This document shows positions 49,960 to 60,668 of a DNA stretch of 64,000 nucleotides, piece by piece (within the stretch, counting starts at the first letter, position 1; every line of letters starts with the position of its first letter). The notes under the pieces are model-generated. The model did no database searches. It was not told the DNA's origin and saw only the letters and a program-made list of their open reading frames with translations. Made by a program: the position numbers and the translations under genes. This DNA is from a plasmid: sequence record NZ_CP083859.1, one strand, 5' to 3'.

Positions 49960-50400
49960 TCAGCGCCCCACTTGCGTCGACGTCCAGCGCACGATGTCCT
50001 GCGCGCCCATCGCGCCGGCCTGACGGGCGATCTCCCGCCCACCCTGGAACAGGGCGAGCGTCGGGATGCTGCGGATACCGAACTGCGCGGCCAGGTGGGG
50101 CTCAGCCTCGGTATTCACCTTCGCCAGCCGGATCCTCGGTTCGAGCTGGTGCGCCGCTTGCTGGAACTGTGGCGCCATCATCTTGCACGGCCCGCACCAT
50201 GGCGCCCAGAAATCGACCAGCAGCGGCAGATCGCTGCGCTCCACGTGGCGCGAGAACGTCGCCGTGGTCAACTCGATGGGCTCGCCCGTAAACAAGGGCT
50301 GCTGGCAGCGGCCACAGTTGGGATGTTCCGATAGCTTCGCAGTCGGTACGCGGTTGATGGACTGGCAATGCGGGCAGACGAGGTGAAGATCATTCTTCAT
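49960..50400 (-). CDS. trxC: thioredoxin 2-type thioredoxin (N-terminal Zn finger + WCGPC)
   Basis: CPHCQSINRVP...CGRCQ and FWAPWCGPCK. Confidence 0.85.
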   Translation of the reverse strand: MKNDLHLVCPHCQSINRVPTAKLSEHPNCGRCQQPLFTGEPIELTTATFSRHVERSDLPLLVDFWAPWCGPCKMMAPQFQQAAHQLEPRIRLAKVNTEAEPHLAAQFGIRSIPTLALFQGGREIARQAGAMGAQDIVRWTSTQVGR

Positions 50401-51556
50401 GGTTCGCCTCCTTGGACCACAGTGAGGCTGCCTCGCTTCGGGTCACAGACAATGCCGACCAATCAACGCCTTGGAGCCAATCGTTCCCGTTTTTGCTTAC
50501 TCCGGCCTCTTCCAGATGAGCAGCGATGAATGCTTCGGCCTGCATGAGCCACCTTCGGACAGCATCTTCCTTACTAGGAATCAGCAGGATTTCAGAGACG
50601 CTGCTGGCATTCAGCCCGTCCACACGGATAAGCAGAAAAATGCGCCGCCACAAACGCGGCATGTCCTTCAGCAGGTCAAATGCAAAAGCGAACTCGCTCG
50701 ACCGATCAATCAGCTCCTCCTGTTCCGCGATCGTTGCGACATCGGGATGCTGACTGCCAGCGAAAATATCGGCCAGCTTGAGTGTGTCATCGTGCTGATA
50801 AAATTCGAAGATTTCCTCTTCCACCATGGCCTCGGCCACGTCTTGGGCATCCGGTTCGACCGGCGCGTCCAGAGAAACGAATTCGCCAAATTGCCGGCTG
50901 CTTGCCACTTCGTTATCCAGGACGGCGAACAGATGCTTCAAAAGACCGGTGTAAGCCTCTTTTTCCCCCGGCACGGATTGCCATTCCACCTTAGCTCGGA
51001 CAATCGCTTCATCCACCACGTCGCGCAGCGTCGGATAATCGCGCGGTAAATCGCCGACGGCCCGCAGATAAGCCAGCTCACGCCTTGCGACAGCCTCAAG
51101 TTTCGACAGTAGAGGCATTCGGGTCACCTCGGCCTCATGGGCGGCTGATGCGGGTTTTGCGGCAATCCGCACCTTGAGCTCGCGCAAGCGCTCGCGTCGT
51201 GCTTTGCGCTTGATTTGATCCTGAGCATGCAGTCGGTCAAAATGCTTCTTGGCCTGACGGAACAACGACTGTGCGAGCATCTGCGCGAGGGGCGTCAGCT
51301 CGTCATGTGATGCAGTAACGCTGACAATCTTTTTGCCGGGCAGGTGCATATAGCCACTGGCCAGAAATTGCCGCTTGATCTTGTCGCGATCAAGGACGAT
51401 TTGAAGTCGCGCTGAATCTTTAGTGTGTTTGTCGAGCAATGGCTTGAGGGCGTGCTCGATCACATTTCCCAAAGCTCTCTGCCAAGGTTCATGAAACTCT
51501 TTGTCGATAGCTCGATAGCTATATTGTATCTGCATGTATGACTCCTTCGATGTCAT
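50390..51556 (-). CDS. hypothetical 388-aa protein with C-terminal sigma-70 region-4-like HTH
   Basis: ...RRIFLLIRVDGLNASSVSEILLIPSKEDAVRRWLMQAE resembles ECF sigma region 4. Confidence 0.5.
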   Translation of the reverse strand: MTSKESYMQIQYSYRAIDKEFHEPWQRALGNVIEHALKPLLDKHTKDSARLQIVLDRDKIKRQFLASGYMHLPGKKIVSVTASHDELTPLAQMLAQSLFRQAKKHFDRLHAQDQIKRKARRERLRELKVRIAAKPASAAHEAEVTRMPLLSKLEAVARRELAYLRAVGDLPRDYPTLRDVVDEAIVRAKVEWQSVPGEKEAYTGLLKHLFAVLDNEVASSRQFGEFVSLDAPVEPDAQDVAEAMVEEEIFEFYQHDDTLKLADIFAGSQHPDVATIAEQEELIDRSSEFAFAFDLLKDMPRLWRRIFLLIRVDGLNASSVSEILLIPSKEDAVRRWLMQAEAFIAAHLEEAGVSKNGNDWLQGVDWSALSVTRSEAASLWSKEANHEE

Positions 51557-51614
51557 TTCTATGGAGGCATGAATCGAGGATGCTCATATCCATAGATTTT
51601 GGTTTGGCACGCTC

Positions 51615-52226
51615 TTACCCCAGGCGCGTTTTGCGAAGATTCCAACTCAAGAACAAAAGCGTGACGCCATAGACTGCCGCATGGAAACCCAACAGCCAGC
51701 CTGCGGCCACGAATGACTCGACCGGACGGGTAAAAAATATCCACAAGACGATAGCACCAAGGATAATCGAGAGCAGTCCACTGAGGGCAAGCCAGATTTC
51801 ACCCTTGATTTCCCGACGCAGCCGAACGGCGGCGGATATCTCCAGCACACCGGTGAAAATCGCCCAGAAGCCCACGCTAGCCCATAAAAAAGAAGCCAAG
51901 ACTATCGTGGCGACCCAAGGAGCAACCAGGACGACGACGCCCGTAAGTATGCCGACAATGCCGCTGAACAGCAGCCAGCCCCAGCGCTCTTTTTTCTGGA
52001 TATGGCGCACCGCTGCAAACAAGTTGAACGCGCCATTGACCAAGGAAAATGCGCCGAACATGATGGTCATGGCCAACAGAGCCGATTGTGGCATCCAGAA
52101 CGCGAGGGCTGCAAAAATCAATGCCAAGACACCGCGCAGCACAAAAAGCCACCAATTTTGGCTCAGCGAACACAGTGCTTTGGTGGGGTCATCCGCATTG
52201 GAATTGGCGATGGTGTCTGTGTTCAT
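51615..52226 (-). CDS. hdeD: HdeD-family (DUF308) acid-resistance membrane protein
   Basis: 203 aa, six TM helices with repeated ...WWLFVLRGVLALIF... pattern. Confidence 0.7.
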   Translation of the reverse strand: MNTDTIANSNADDPTKALCSLSQNWWLFVLRGVLALIFAALAFWMPQSALLAMTIMFGAFSLVNGAFNLFAAVRHIQKKERWGWLLFSGIVGILTGVVVLVAPWVATIVLASFLWASVGFWAIFTGVLEISAAVRLRREIKGEIWLALSGLLSIILGAIVLWIFFTRPVESFVAAGWLLGFHAAVYGVTLLFLSWNLRKTRLG

Positions 52227-52315
52227 GCAATATCTCCTAAAGATCTATACAAAATAAAAAATCAAACACTCATGGGACAAGAGAGGGGGTGCTATGCGCC
52301 CCCTCTCCAGCGGTT

Positions 52316-53203
52316 TCAGAACAACCTGGACAGTTTTGCCTTGACTTCATCGAGCCAGCCTTTTCCGCAGCCTCCCCCTCCCGTCTTTTCCTTGATTTTC
52401 TTGAGTTCAGCGTACAGGGGCTCAAAGTCCTTCCTTTTTCCATAGCCCAGCAGTTCTGCCATTTCCAACTGCTGCCGGGCTTCGTTCAACAATGTCTCCA
52501 GGCGCTCATTGGATGCTTCGCTGCGCTGACCATCTTCTACCAGGGGCTCGGCGCGCTTCAGGAGCAGCTTCGCACGCAGGACGGGCAGCGGAAGCACGCT
52601 GCGCTCCTCGACCAGCGTGCTGAGCGCTGACTGCAGCGCGGCTTTGGCTTCTTCGATCTTGCCCTGATCGATCAGCGGCACGACTGCCTTCACGGCTGCG
52701 GGATAGGACGCCAAAGGGATGTTGGTGACCGTGATCACGATTTCACTGGCCAGCAAAGCCAGCATGTGGCGAGCCTGTTGCACCTCGCCATGTTTGAGGG
52801 CATCCAGCGCCTCGTCGGTCATCGCCTCAATGGTTTCCGTGTTGGCGAACAAGTCGTGCACGATGGTGCGCACATCAACGCCGGCCAGGGCGAGCGTGGG
52901 TTCGCGCGCGACGATCAGCTCCAGCTTTCCCGTCACTTCGGCCAGCGTTGCCAATGCGCGTGCAGTGTCCTTGCCGTCAAGTGCGGCCAGCGCTGATTTG
53001 GTCAGCGACAAGGCCGAGACTGCCTCATCGAGGACTTGTTTACGTTTGTCTGCCGCCTGCGAGTCCGTTTCTTTCTGAACCTCAGGCTGTACCTCCGTGA
53101 CGACTTCAGGCTTGGACTCTGGACTGACAGGAAGGCTGCTTACCGCGGCCTGTTCGTTTTTTCCTTCGTTCGTCGCATTGGGATTTGGTGTTTGCTCATT
53201 CAT
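52316..53203 (-). CDS. yfdX: YfdX-family protein (YfdX2)
   Basis: Paralogue of the next gene; C-terminus ...LLGYGKRKDFEPLYAELKKIKEK... with GGGGCGKGWLDEVK tail. Confidence 0.7.
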   Translation of the reverse strand: MNEQTPNPNATNEGKNEQAAVSSLPVSPESKPEVVTEVQPEVQKETDSQAADKRKQVLDEAVSALSLTKSALAALDGKDTARALATLAEVTGKLELIVAREPTLALAGVDVRTIVHDLFANTETIEAMTDEALDALKHGEVQQARHMLALLASEIVITVTNIPLASYPAAVKAVVPLIDQGKIEEAKAALQSALSTLVEERSVLPLPVLRAKLLLKRAEPLVEDGQRSEASNERLETLLNEARQQLEMAELLGYGKRKDFEPLYAELKKIKEKTGGGGCGKGWLDEVKAKLSRLF

Positions 53204-53305
53204 GGTGATATGCCTCGTATGAGATAGTGAAAATAGGCGAATCTATTGGGGCTGAATGCGAACATCGCGAGACTGACCGACAGAGCAGTCAGCCCCTTCA
53301 TCACC

Positions 53306-54220
53306 TCAAAACAGCTTTTGGATGCGCGTCTTCAACTCGTCGAACCATCCCTTGCCGCTTTTGCCACCAGCTGACTTTTGCTCAATGGACTTCACCTGAT
53401 CGAAGATGGGTTTGAAGTCCGCCTTCTTGCCATAACCCAGGATCTGCGCCATCTCGATCTCCGTGCGCACGGACGACAGCAAGGTGCTGAGCTCCTCGTT
53501 CTGCCTGGCATCGCGCCTGTCGGTCTCGGCCAGCTTTTCAGCTTTTGCCATCGCGGCTTCGGCCCGTAGCACGGGCAGAGGAAAGGCGACCGAGGTCACC
53601 ACCAGCGTGTTCAGTGCTCGGGCGAGTTCCGCTTTGGCGTTGTCGATCTTGCCGCTGTCGATGAGCCGTGCGGCCGACTTGATCGCTGCCGGGTACGTTG
53701 CCATCGGAAGGTTGTCGGTTTCGATTACGATTTCGCTGGCCAGATTGGCAACGATGGGCCGGGCCTTTTGCACCTCGCCATCACTCAACAACTCCCGAGA
53801 CAACTTGACCGCTTTCTTTACCGATTCCACGTTGGCGTGGATATCGTGGGTGATGACGCGTACATCGACCGGCGCCAAAGCAAGTTTAGCGTCGCGTGCC
53901 AATACCAGTTCCAGCTTTCCGCTGGCCAGTTCCAGCGCAGCAAGCGCCTCCTTGGTCTTGTTTGCATCAAGGAGGGTCAAAGCCTCCTGGGTCTTGGTGA
54001 GCGCCGTGATGGCGTCTTGAGTGAGCTCGGCACGCTTTTTATCGGCTTCCCGGGCGGCCTTGTCATCTACCTGTGGCTGTGCCGCCTTGGATGCGGCAGA
54101 GGGTGCTGCAGCACCTGGGCTAGAACCTGCCGCCGATTGGGCCAGAGCCGGTCCGCTCAGTCCGACGACGACCGCCAGGGCAAGTGCGGAGAAGGTGTAT
54201 TGTGGCTGTTTGATATTCAT
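53306..54220 (-). CDS. yfdX: YfdX-family periplasmic protein (YfdX1), signal peptide
   Basis: MNIKQPQYTFSALALAVVVGLSGPALA signal peptide; C-terminus ...ILGYGKKADFKPIFDQVKSIEQK...GKSGKGWFDELK parallels the upstream paralogue. Confidence 0.7.
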   Translation of the reverse strand: MNIKQPQYTFSALALAVVVGLSGPALAQSAAGSSPGAAAPSAASKAAQPQVDDKAAREADKKRAELTQDAITALTKTQEALTLLDANKTKEALAALELASGKLELVLARDAKLALAPVDVRVITHDIHANVESVKKAVKLSRELLSDGEVQKARPIVANLASEIVIETDNLPMATYPAAIKSAARLIDSGKIDNAKAELARALNTLVVTSVAFPLPVLRAEAAMAKAEKLAETDRRDARQNEELSTLLSSVRTEIEMAQILGYGKKADFKPIFDQVKSIEQKSAGGKSGKGWFDELKTRIQKLF

Positions 54221-54242
54221 GATCTTGGGCTCCTGATTGAAG

Positions 54243-54701
54243 TTAGTTGACTGAGATTTCAATCTGTTTCGGTTTGTCTTGCTCGGCCTTGACAAGCCGC
54301 ACTTCCAGCACGCCGTCTTTCATGGAAGTCGTCACCTTGGTCGGATCAACGTTGTCAGGCAAGACAAAGCTGCGCACAAAGCGGCCATAGGCACGTTCGA
54401 TGCGGTGGAACTTCTTGCCCTGCTCCTCTTTTTCCAGTTTGCGCTCGCCGCTGATGGTGAGCACACCGTTTTCCGCGCTGACGCGCACGGCATCCCTGGG
54501 GACCTCCGGCAGATCCAGCTTGAGGAGGAATGCGTTCTCATCCTCGCTGATGTCCGCCATTAGAGCCCAGTCCGCCGTGGTCTTGGCTTCGTTGCCGGTA
54601 CGGGCGCCCTGTCGCTGGGGTATTCGTCCGAACATCGTCGCCAGGCGGTTTTGCAATTCATCCAGTTCCCGGAAGGGGTCCCACGGAGTCAATGCAGACA
54701 T
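54243..54701 (-). CDS. small heat-shock protein (Hsp20/alpha-crystallin family)
   Basis: ...AFLLKLDLPEVPRDAVRVSAENGVLTISGERK...KDGVLEVRL alpha-crystallin domain. Confidence 0.8.
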   Translation of the reverse strand: MSALTPWDPFRELDELQNRLATMFGRIPQRQGARTGNEAKTTADWALMADISEDENAFLLKLDLPEVPRDAVRVSAENGVLTISGERKLEKEEQGKKFHRIERAYGRFVRSFVLPDNVDPTKVTTSMKDGVLEVRLVKAEQDKPKQIEISVN

Positions 54702-54788
54702 ATCGGTTCTCCTTGAACAATGCCGACGAATTGGATGACGCACTGAACAGAGCCGTCGGTTTACTCTGAATGGCAGCTACTACTGTTT

Positions 54789-55756
<968 letters not shown>

Positions 55757-55847
55757 TCACGCTTGTAGACGACCGCCACCGCGATCGATGCCAGGGAGGC
55801 TGCCCATGCCAGGCTGATGGAGTCGGACACGGCAGCCTCGCCCGCCA

Positions 55848-58697
55848 TCAAGATGCGTCGCTCGCCGACTTCTTCTTGCTCGAGTCTTTGCCAGCGTCGC
55901 CGTGCGGCGTCTCGGTCGCCTTCGCGACATCCGGCTGCTCCGGCTCGGCCGGGGTCTGCGGTGGCTCTTTGCGTTCGAACACCACGCGTTCGGCCTTGTC
56001 GTCCCAGCGTGCGCTGGCGTGATCGCCCTTGCCGATGCCGCCACCGAGCATCTCGCGCGCCAGCGCAGTTTCCAGCTCGCTGCGGATCAGGCGCTTGAGT
56101 TCACGCGCACCGAACTCGGGCTTGTAGCCTTCTTCCGCGAAATGGTCGATCAGCGTCTGATCGAAAGTGAGCGTCACGCCCTGGCTGGCGGCGCTGCGCG
56201 CCACGCGATCGAGCTGCAGGCCGACGATGTGGCGGATCTCCTCCTTGCCCAGCGCATGGAAGACGATGATCTCGTCGATGCGGTTGAGGAACTCGGGCCG
56301 GAAGTGGCCGCGCAGCACGTCCATGACCTCGGCCTTGGTCTTTTCGTACTCCTCGCCAGCCGCCTCACGCGCCTTCAGCCGTCGCTGGATGATGTCCGAA
56401 CCCAGGTTGGACGTGGCGATGATGATGGTGTTGGTGAAATCCACCACCCGGCCCTTGCCGTCGGTGAGGCGACCGTCGTCGAACACTTGCAGCAGGATGT
56501 TGTAGACGTCAGGGTGTGCCTTCTCGATCTCGTCGAGCAGCAGCACGCTGTAGGGCTTGCGCCGCACCTTCTCGGTGAGCTGACCGCCTTCGTCGTAACC
56601 GACATAGCCCGGAGGCGCGCCCACCAGCCGCGCCACGGTATGGCGTTCGCCATATTCCGACATGTCGATGCGCAACAGGGCGTGCTCATCGCCGTAGATC
56701 GATTCGGCCAATGCCTTGGCGAGCTCGGTCTTGCCCACCCCGGTCGGGCCCAGAAACAGGAAGGTAGCCACCGGTTTACTGCCTTCGCGCAGGCCGGCGC
56801 GGGATAGCCGCACGGCATCGGCCACGGCACGGACCGCCTCGTCTTGTCCCACCAGGCGCTCGTGCAGCCGTTGTTCCAAGTGCAGCAGCTTTTCGCGCTC
56901 TTCCACCGTCAACTCGTTGACCGGGATGCCGGTCAGGCGCGAGACAACCTGCGCCACGTGTTCCGCCTTGACCTCGGCACTGCCGGAGGCCCGCTCCCGC
57001 TCCCAGTCCTCGACGAGCTTCTTGAGCTCGGCCTCCTTGGCTTCGATGCGCTTGCCGAGCTCGGCGGCCTGGTCGTACTGCTTGCGCGCGGCCACGTAAT
57101 CCTGTTCACGCCGTAGCTGGTGCAGTTCGGACTCCAGCTCCTGCACGGCCACCGGCCGGGCCGTGGCCGACAGCTTCACGCGCGCGGCCGCCTGGTCGAG
57201 CAGGTCGATCGCCTTGTCCGGCAGGAAGCGCGCCGTGATGTAGCGGTCGGACAACTCGGCCGCCGCGATGATCGCGTCCTCGGAGATGCTGACCTTGTGG
57301 TGCGCCTCGAAGGTGTCGCGCAGGCCGCGCAGAATCATGATGGTCTGGGCCACCGTCGGCTCGGGCACCGTCACCGGCTGGAAGCGCCGCTCCAGTGCGG
57401 CATCCTTCTCGATGTATTTCTGGTACTCGTTCAGCGTCGTGGCGCCGATCAGGTTGAGTTCACCGCGCGCCATCATCGGTTTGAACACGTTGGCCACGTC
57501 CAGCCCGCCTTCGCCACCGCCCTGGCCGGCACCGACGATGGTGTGCACCTCGTCGATGAACAAAATCAGCTCGCCCTGGTGCTCGGTCACCTCCTTCAGC
57601 ACCTTCTGCACGCGCTCCTCGAACTCGCCGCGATATTTGGCGCCGGCCACCATGGCGTTGATGTTGAGTTCCACCAGGCGCTTGTCGCGCAAGGTCTCGG
57701 GCACTTCACCCGCCACCATGCGCTGCGCCAGCCCTTCGACGATGGCGGTCTTGCCCACACCCGGCTCGCCGATCAGCACCGGGTTGTTCTTCTTGCGCCG
57801 GGCCAGCACCTCGATGGTGGTTTCGATCTCCTGCGCGCGGCCGATCACCGGGTCGAGCTTGCCGTCGCGCGCCATCTTGGTCAGGTCGCGCGAGTACTTG
57901 TCGAGTTCTGGCGTGTTGGTCGGCGTCTCAGCGCGGCCATCCTCGGCGCCCTTGCCGACCACCTTGCTGACCTGTTGGCGCAGCGCCTGCGGCGTCAGGC
58001 CGTAGCGGCGCAGCAGGTTGGCGGCCAGCCCTTCGCCTTCCTCGGCCAGACCGATCAGGAAATGCTCTGGACCGACATAAGAATGGCCGAGTTCATTGGA
58101 GGCCACGAAGGCGCGGCTGAGCGCATCCTTCACGCGCGGCGACACGCCGATCTCGCCCTCGAAGGGCTTGTCCCCGCGCTTGGCCTCAGACTCGATCTGC
58201 CGCTTGAGGTCATCGACCTTGATCTTGAACTGACCCAGGATGGTCTTGACCACGTCGCTGTCGGCCAGCGCCAGCAGCAGATGTTCGGTATCCACCTCGG
58301 AGCGGCCAAATTCGGCAGCGTGTTTGGCGGCCTCCTGCAGCAAGGCTTCCGACTGTTCGCTGATGCGGCTGGCCAACCCACTGCCGCGACGGCGCGGCGC
58401 ACCCGAACCTGCGGTGGCGGGCTCGCCAAACGAGGCATCGACCACGTCATCGGTATCGGCGGCAACTGGCGTCGCGTCTTCGCCGATGCGGAAGAAGTCA
58501 CTGCCGAGGAAGTCCTCGAACAGGCCGCTGCGCGAGCCGAACAAGGCTTCCAGCGGCGAAACGGTGCGCTTTTGCTGGCGCACTAATTGCCGGTAATGGT
58601 CGTCGCACAACAGCATGGTGCTGTTACGACCGTTGAGATTGGCTTCTACCCGCATGGTGGCGGGTTGGCCGCAGACCTGGCATTGTTTTCTGGCCAT
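55848..58697 (-). CDS. clpK: ClpK/ClpG-type stand-alone AAA+ disaggregase (949 aa), hallmark of the heat-resistance island
   Basis: N-terminal Zn-binding [18 protein letters not shown]...; two AAA modules ([13 protein letters not shown]...; [16 protein letters not shown]...); ClpB-like coiled-coil. Length 949 aa. Confidence 0.9.
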   Translation of the reverse strand: MARKQCQVCGQPATMRVEANLNGRNSTMLLCDDHYRQLVRQQKRTVSPLEALFGSRSGLFEDFLGSDFFRIGEDATPVAADTDDVVDASFGEPATAGSGAPRRRGSGLASRISEQSEALLQEAAKHAAEFGRSEVDTEHLLLALADSDVVKTILGQFKIKVDDLKRQIESEAKRGDKPFEGEIGVSPRVKDALSRAFVASNELGHSYVGPEHFLIGLAEEGEGLAANLLRRYGLTPQALRQQVSKVVGKGAEDGRAETPTNTPELDKYSRDLTKMARDGKLDPVIGRAQEIETTIEVLARRKKNNPVLIGEPGVGKTAIVEGLAQRMVAGEVPETLRDKRLVELNINAMVAGAKYRGEFEERVQKVLKEVTEHQGELILFIDEVHTIVGAGQGGGEGGLDVANVFKPMMARGELNLIGATTLNEYQKYIEKDAALERRFQPVTVPEPTVAQTIMILRGLRDTFEAHHKVSISEDAIIAAAELSDRYITARFLPDKAIDLLDQAAARVKLSATARPVAVQELESELHQLRREQDYVAARKQYDQAAELGKRIEAKEAELKKLVEDWERERASGSAEVKAEHVAQVVSRLTGIPVNELTVEEREKLLHLEQRLHERLVGQDEAVRAVADAVRLSRAGLREGSKPVATFLFLGPTGVGKTELAKALAESIYGDEHALLRIDMSEYGERHTVARLVGAPPGYVGYDEGGQLTEKVRRKPYSVLLLDEIEKAHPDVYNILLQVFDDGRLTDGKGRVVDFTNTIIIATSNLGSDIIQRRLKAREAAGEEYEKTKAEVMDVLRGHFRPEFLNRIDEIIVFHALGKEEIRHIVGLQLDRVARSAASQGVTLTFDQTLIDHFAEEGYKPEFGARELKRLIRSELETALAREMLGGGIGKGDHASARWDDKAERVVFERKEPPQTPAEPEQPDVAKATETPHGDAGKDSSKKKSASDAS

Positions 58698-58802
58698 GCT
58701 GATGCTCCTGAGAAGGTTGACAAGGTTGAGGCGACGAGGCATCGCGAGCCGCGACTCCTCGTCTCGTGCCGGGTTTTTCTTGTGACGAACGAGCCTGCGA
58801 CG

Positions 58803-59372
58803 TCAGCCGTTGATCGGGATCGAGCGTCCCTGCTTCGGCGCGCTGACCTCGCGCTTGTCGATCGTGACCGTGAGCACCCCGTTCTTGAACGATGCCTTGA
58901 TCGAATCCTGGTTGGCGTCGTCAGGCAGGTTCAAGGCACGCTGAAAGCTGCCGTAGGAGCGCTCCACACGGTGGAAGCCACCTTCCTTCTTCTCCTGTTC
59001 CTGGCGCTTCTCGCCACGCACCATCAGCACGTCGTTGTCGAGAGTTATCTGGATGTCCTTCTCCTCGACACCGGGCACTTCCAGGGTAATCTTGTACTGC
59101 TTGTCGGTTTCCTGGATGTCCAGGGCCGGCTTCAGCATGCCCGACCAATCGGATGGCCACTGCGGCATGTTCAACGCCGGAAAACCGAAGCCCCGGAATG
59201 CGTCATCGAACAGCCGGTCGATTTCCCGATGCAGTTGCAGGATCGGGCTGACTGGCCCGCTCGCCGCTGGCAGGTCATTGCGCTGCACCGGCAGGGAAGA
59301 GACGGTCTGCTGCTCTTGCTGCTCGTTCTTGAACCAGTTCCAGGGAGCCAACTTCTTGAAATCGATGTCCAT
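58803..59372 (-). CDS. small heat-shock protein sHSP20 (first sHSP of the island)
   Basis: ...YKITLEVPGVEEKDIQITLDNDVLMVRGEKRQEQEKKEGGFHRVERSYGSFQRALNLP...KNGVLTVTI. Confidence 0.85.
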   Translation of the reverse strand: MDIDFKKLAPWNWFKNEQQEQQTVSSLPVQRNDLPAASGPVSPILQLHREIDRLFDDAFRGFGFPALNMPQWPSDWSGMLKPALDIQETDKQYKITLEVPGVEEKDIQITLDNDVLMVRGEKRQEQEKKEGGFHRVERSYGSFQRALNLPDDANQDSIKASFKNGVLTVTIDKREVSAPKQGRSIPING

Positions 59373-59406
59373 GCCATACCTCCAGAAAAATTGGAAAACG
59401 AGTTAC

Positions 59407-59688
59407 TCAAGCCCTTTGCCTGCTGTGACGGGCAGTGCGCCCAGGCGACACGGGCTGCTCGGATGACTTCTGCTGTTCACGCTTGCGCATCACCTCCTTC
59501 TTTGCTCCGGCTCGGGTCTGATCATTGATGCACTGATCGATTTCACTTTGACGAAGCCGCCACGTCCCGCCCATCTTGAAAGCCGGAATTTCCCCGTGTG
59601 CGGCGAGCCGATAAAGCGTCCGCTTGCCGACTTTCAAGTACGCAGCCAATTCATCGAGCGTGAAAATCACCTGTAGGTGCGCTTTCAT
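59407..59688 (-). CDS. small HTH DNA-binding protein (excisionase/MerR-like), first ORF of the island
   Basis: MKAHLQVIFTLDELAAYLKVGKRTLYRLAAHGEIPAFKMGGTWRL is an AlpA/excisionase-type HTH. Confidence 0.6.
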   Translation of the reverse strand: MKAHLQVIFTLDELAAYLKVGKRTLYRLAAHGEIPAFKMGGTWRLRQSEIDQCINDQTRAGAKKEVMRKREQQKSSEQPVSPGRTARHSRQRA

Positions 59689-60187
59689 CTCACCCTCTCC
59701 AATCGCGCCGCTTTGCGGTTCCGGCCAAGGAAATCCTTGCAATACTTTGTAATATTAGACCTACTATGAATAACTTCAAGAGTCAATGTGCAGCGTTCTC
59801 CCGCCCCATTGATGCAGGTCAACTGCTCAGGCAAGGCACAGGGGGGCGGCCTGATCAGGCAATGGACAGCGCCTGGCTCCTCAGCCTGCGTGTGCCACAG
59901 GCGCCTCGATCAAACACCGATCCTCACGTTGTAGCCGAGTGCCCGCAGCCCCTTGCTCGTCTGCATGTTCCTTGGCGGAAACTCGTCTGGGCGCGCCCAG
60001 ACGACGATTTCCCCGAGGCTGCTCAGGCCAACGTGCGGAATTGCCCAGTCGTCGCTGCGGATCGCGTTCCAGAGTCGGGCCGAAACACTTCCGTTGCCCC
60101 AGACAACGTAGTTCAACAGTATCCGTCCGGCCAACACACCTTCCCGACACCGCCGCCGAAGGCCATGGCCCATCAAGCGGATTTTCC

Positions 60188-60512
60188 ATGCGCCCTCAGC
60201 GCCGTACCTACAGCAAATCTTTCAAGGCTCAGGTCATTCAGGAGTGTTCTGAACCCGGTGCCTCCATCGCAAACATCGCCTTGGGCTACAGCCTCAATGC
60301 CAACCTCGACCACAAATGGATTCGGCTGCCTACCCAGAAAACCACGGCTATCCAGCCAGCGTTCATCCCGTTGCCTTCTCAAATGCTCGGCGTGGGTTCG
60401 CATACTCAAGCGCGCTGCTGCGATCATGAGTTTGATCCAGTCGGCCCGTAATAATGGGCACGATCCGTATGCCTATCTCAAGGATGTGCTGACACGGTTG
60501 CCGTCCCTGTAA
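60188..60512 (+). mobile_element. IS66-family remnant: tnpA 5' part fused by internal deletion to the last codons of tnpC
   Basis: MRPQRRTYSKSFKAQVIQECSEPGASIANIALGYSLNANLDHKWIR (IS66 TnpA start) ... then ...ARNNGHDPYAYLKDVLTRLPSL* (IS66 TnpC C-terminus) in another frame. Confidence 0.5.
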
Positions 60513-60668
60513 CAGCCTGAAGTTGACCTGGGTAATCAAATACCGGTGTAGTGATTAGGAAACAGGGCTCGGATAACATCATGGCGCAGGTCATTGAACC
60601 TACTAACGACGCCGGATATATGGTCGCAAACCACATCGAACTAGTACTTGCATCACCCGGGGCGTCCT

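Noticed and set aside
59766-60189. 248-aa + strand ORF and the opposing 102-aa ORF upstream of the IS66 remnant
   Set aside because: The composite frame exists only because the IS66 TnpC tail is in this frame. The 5' two-thirds has no homology or RBS and overlaps the promoter region of the heat-resistance island.
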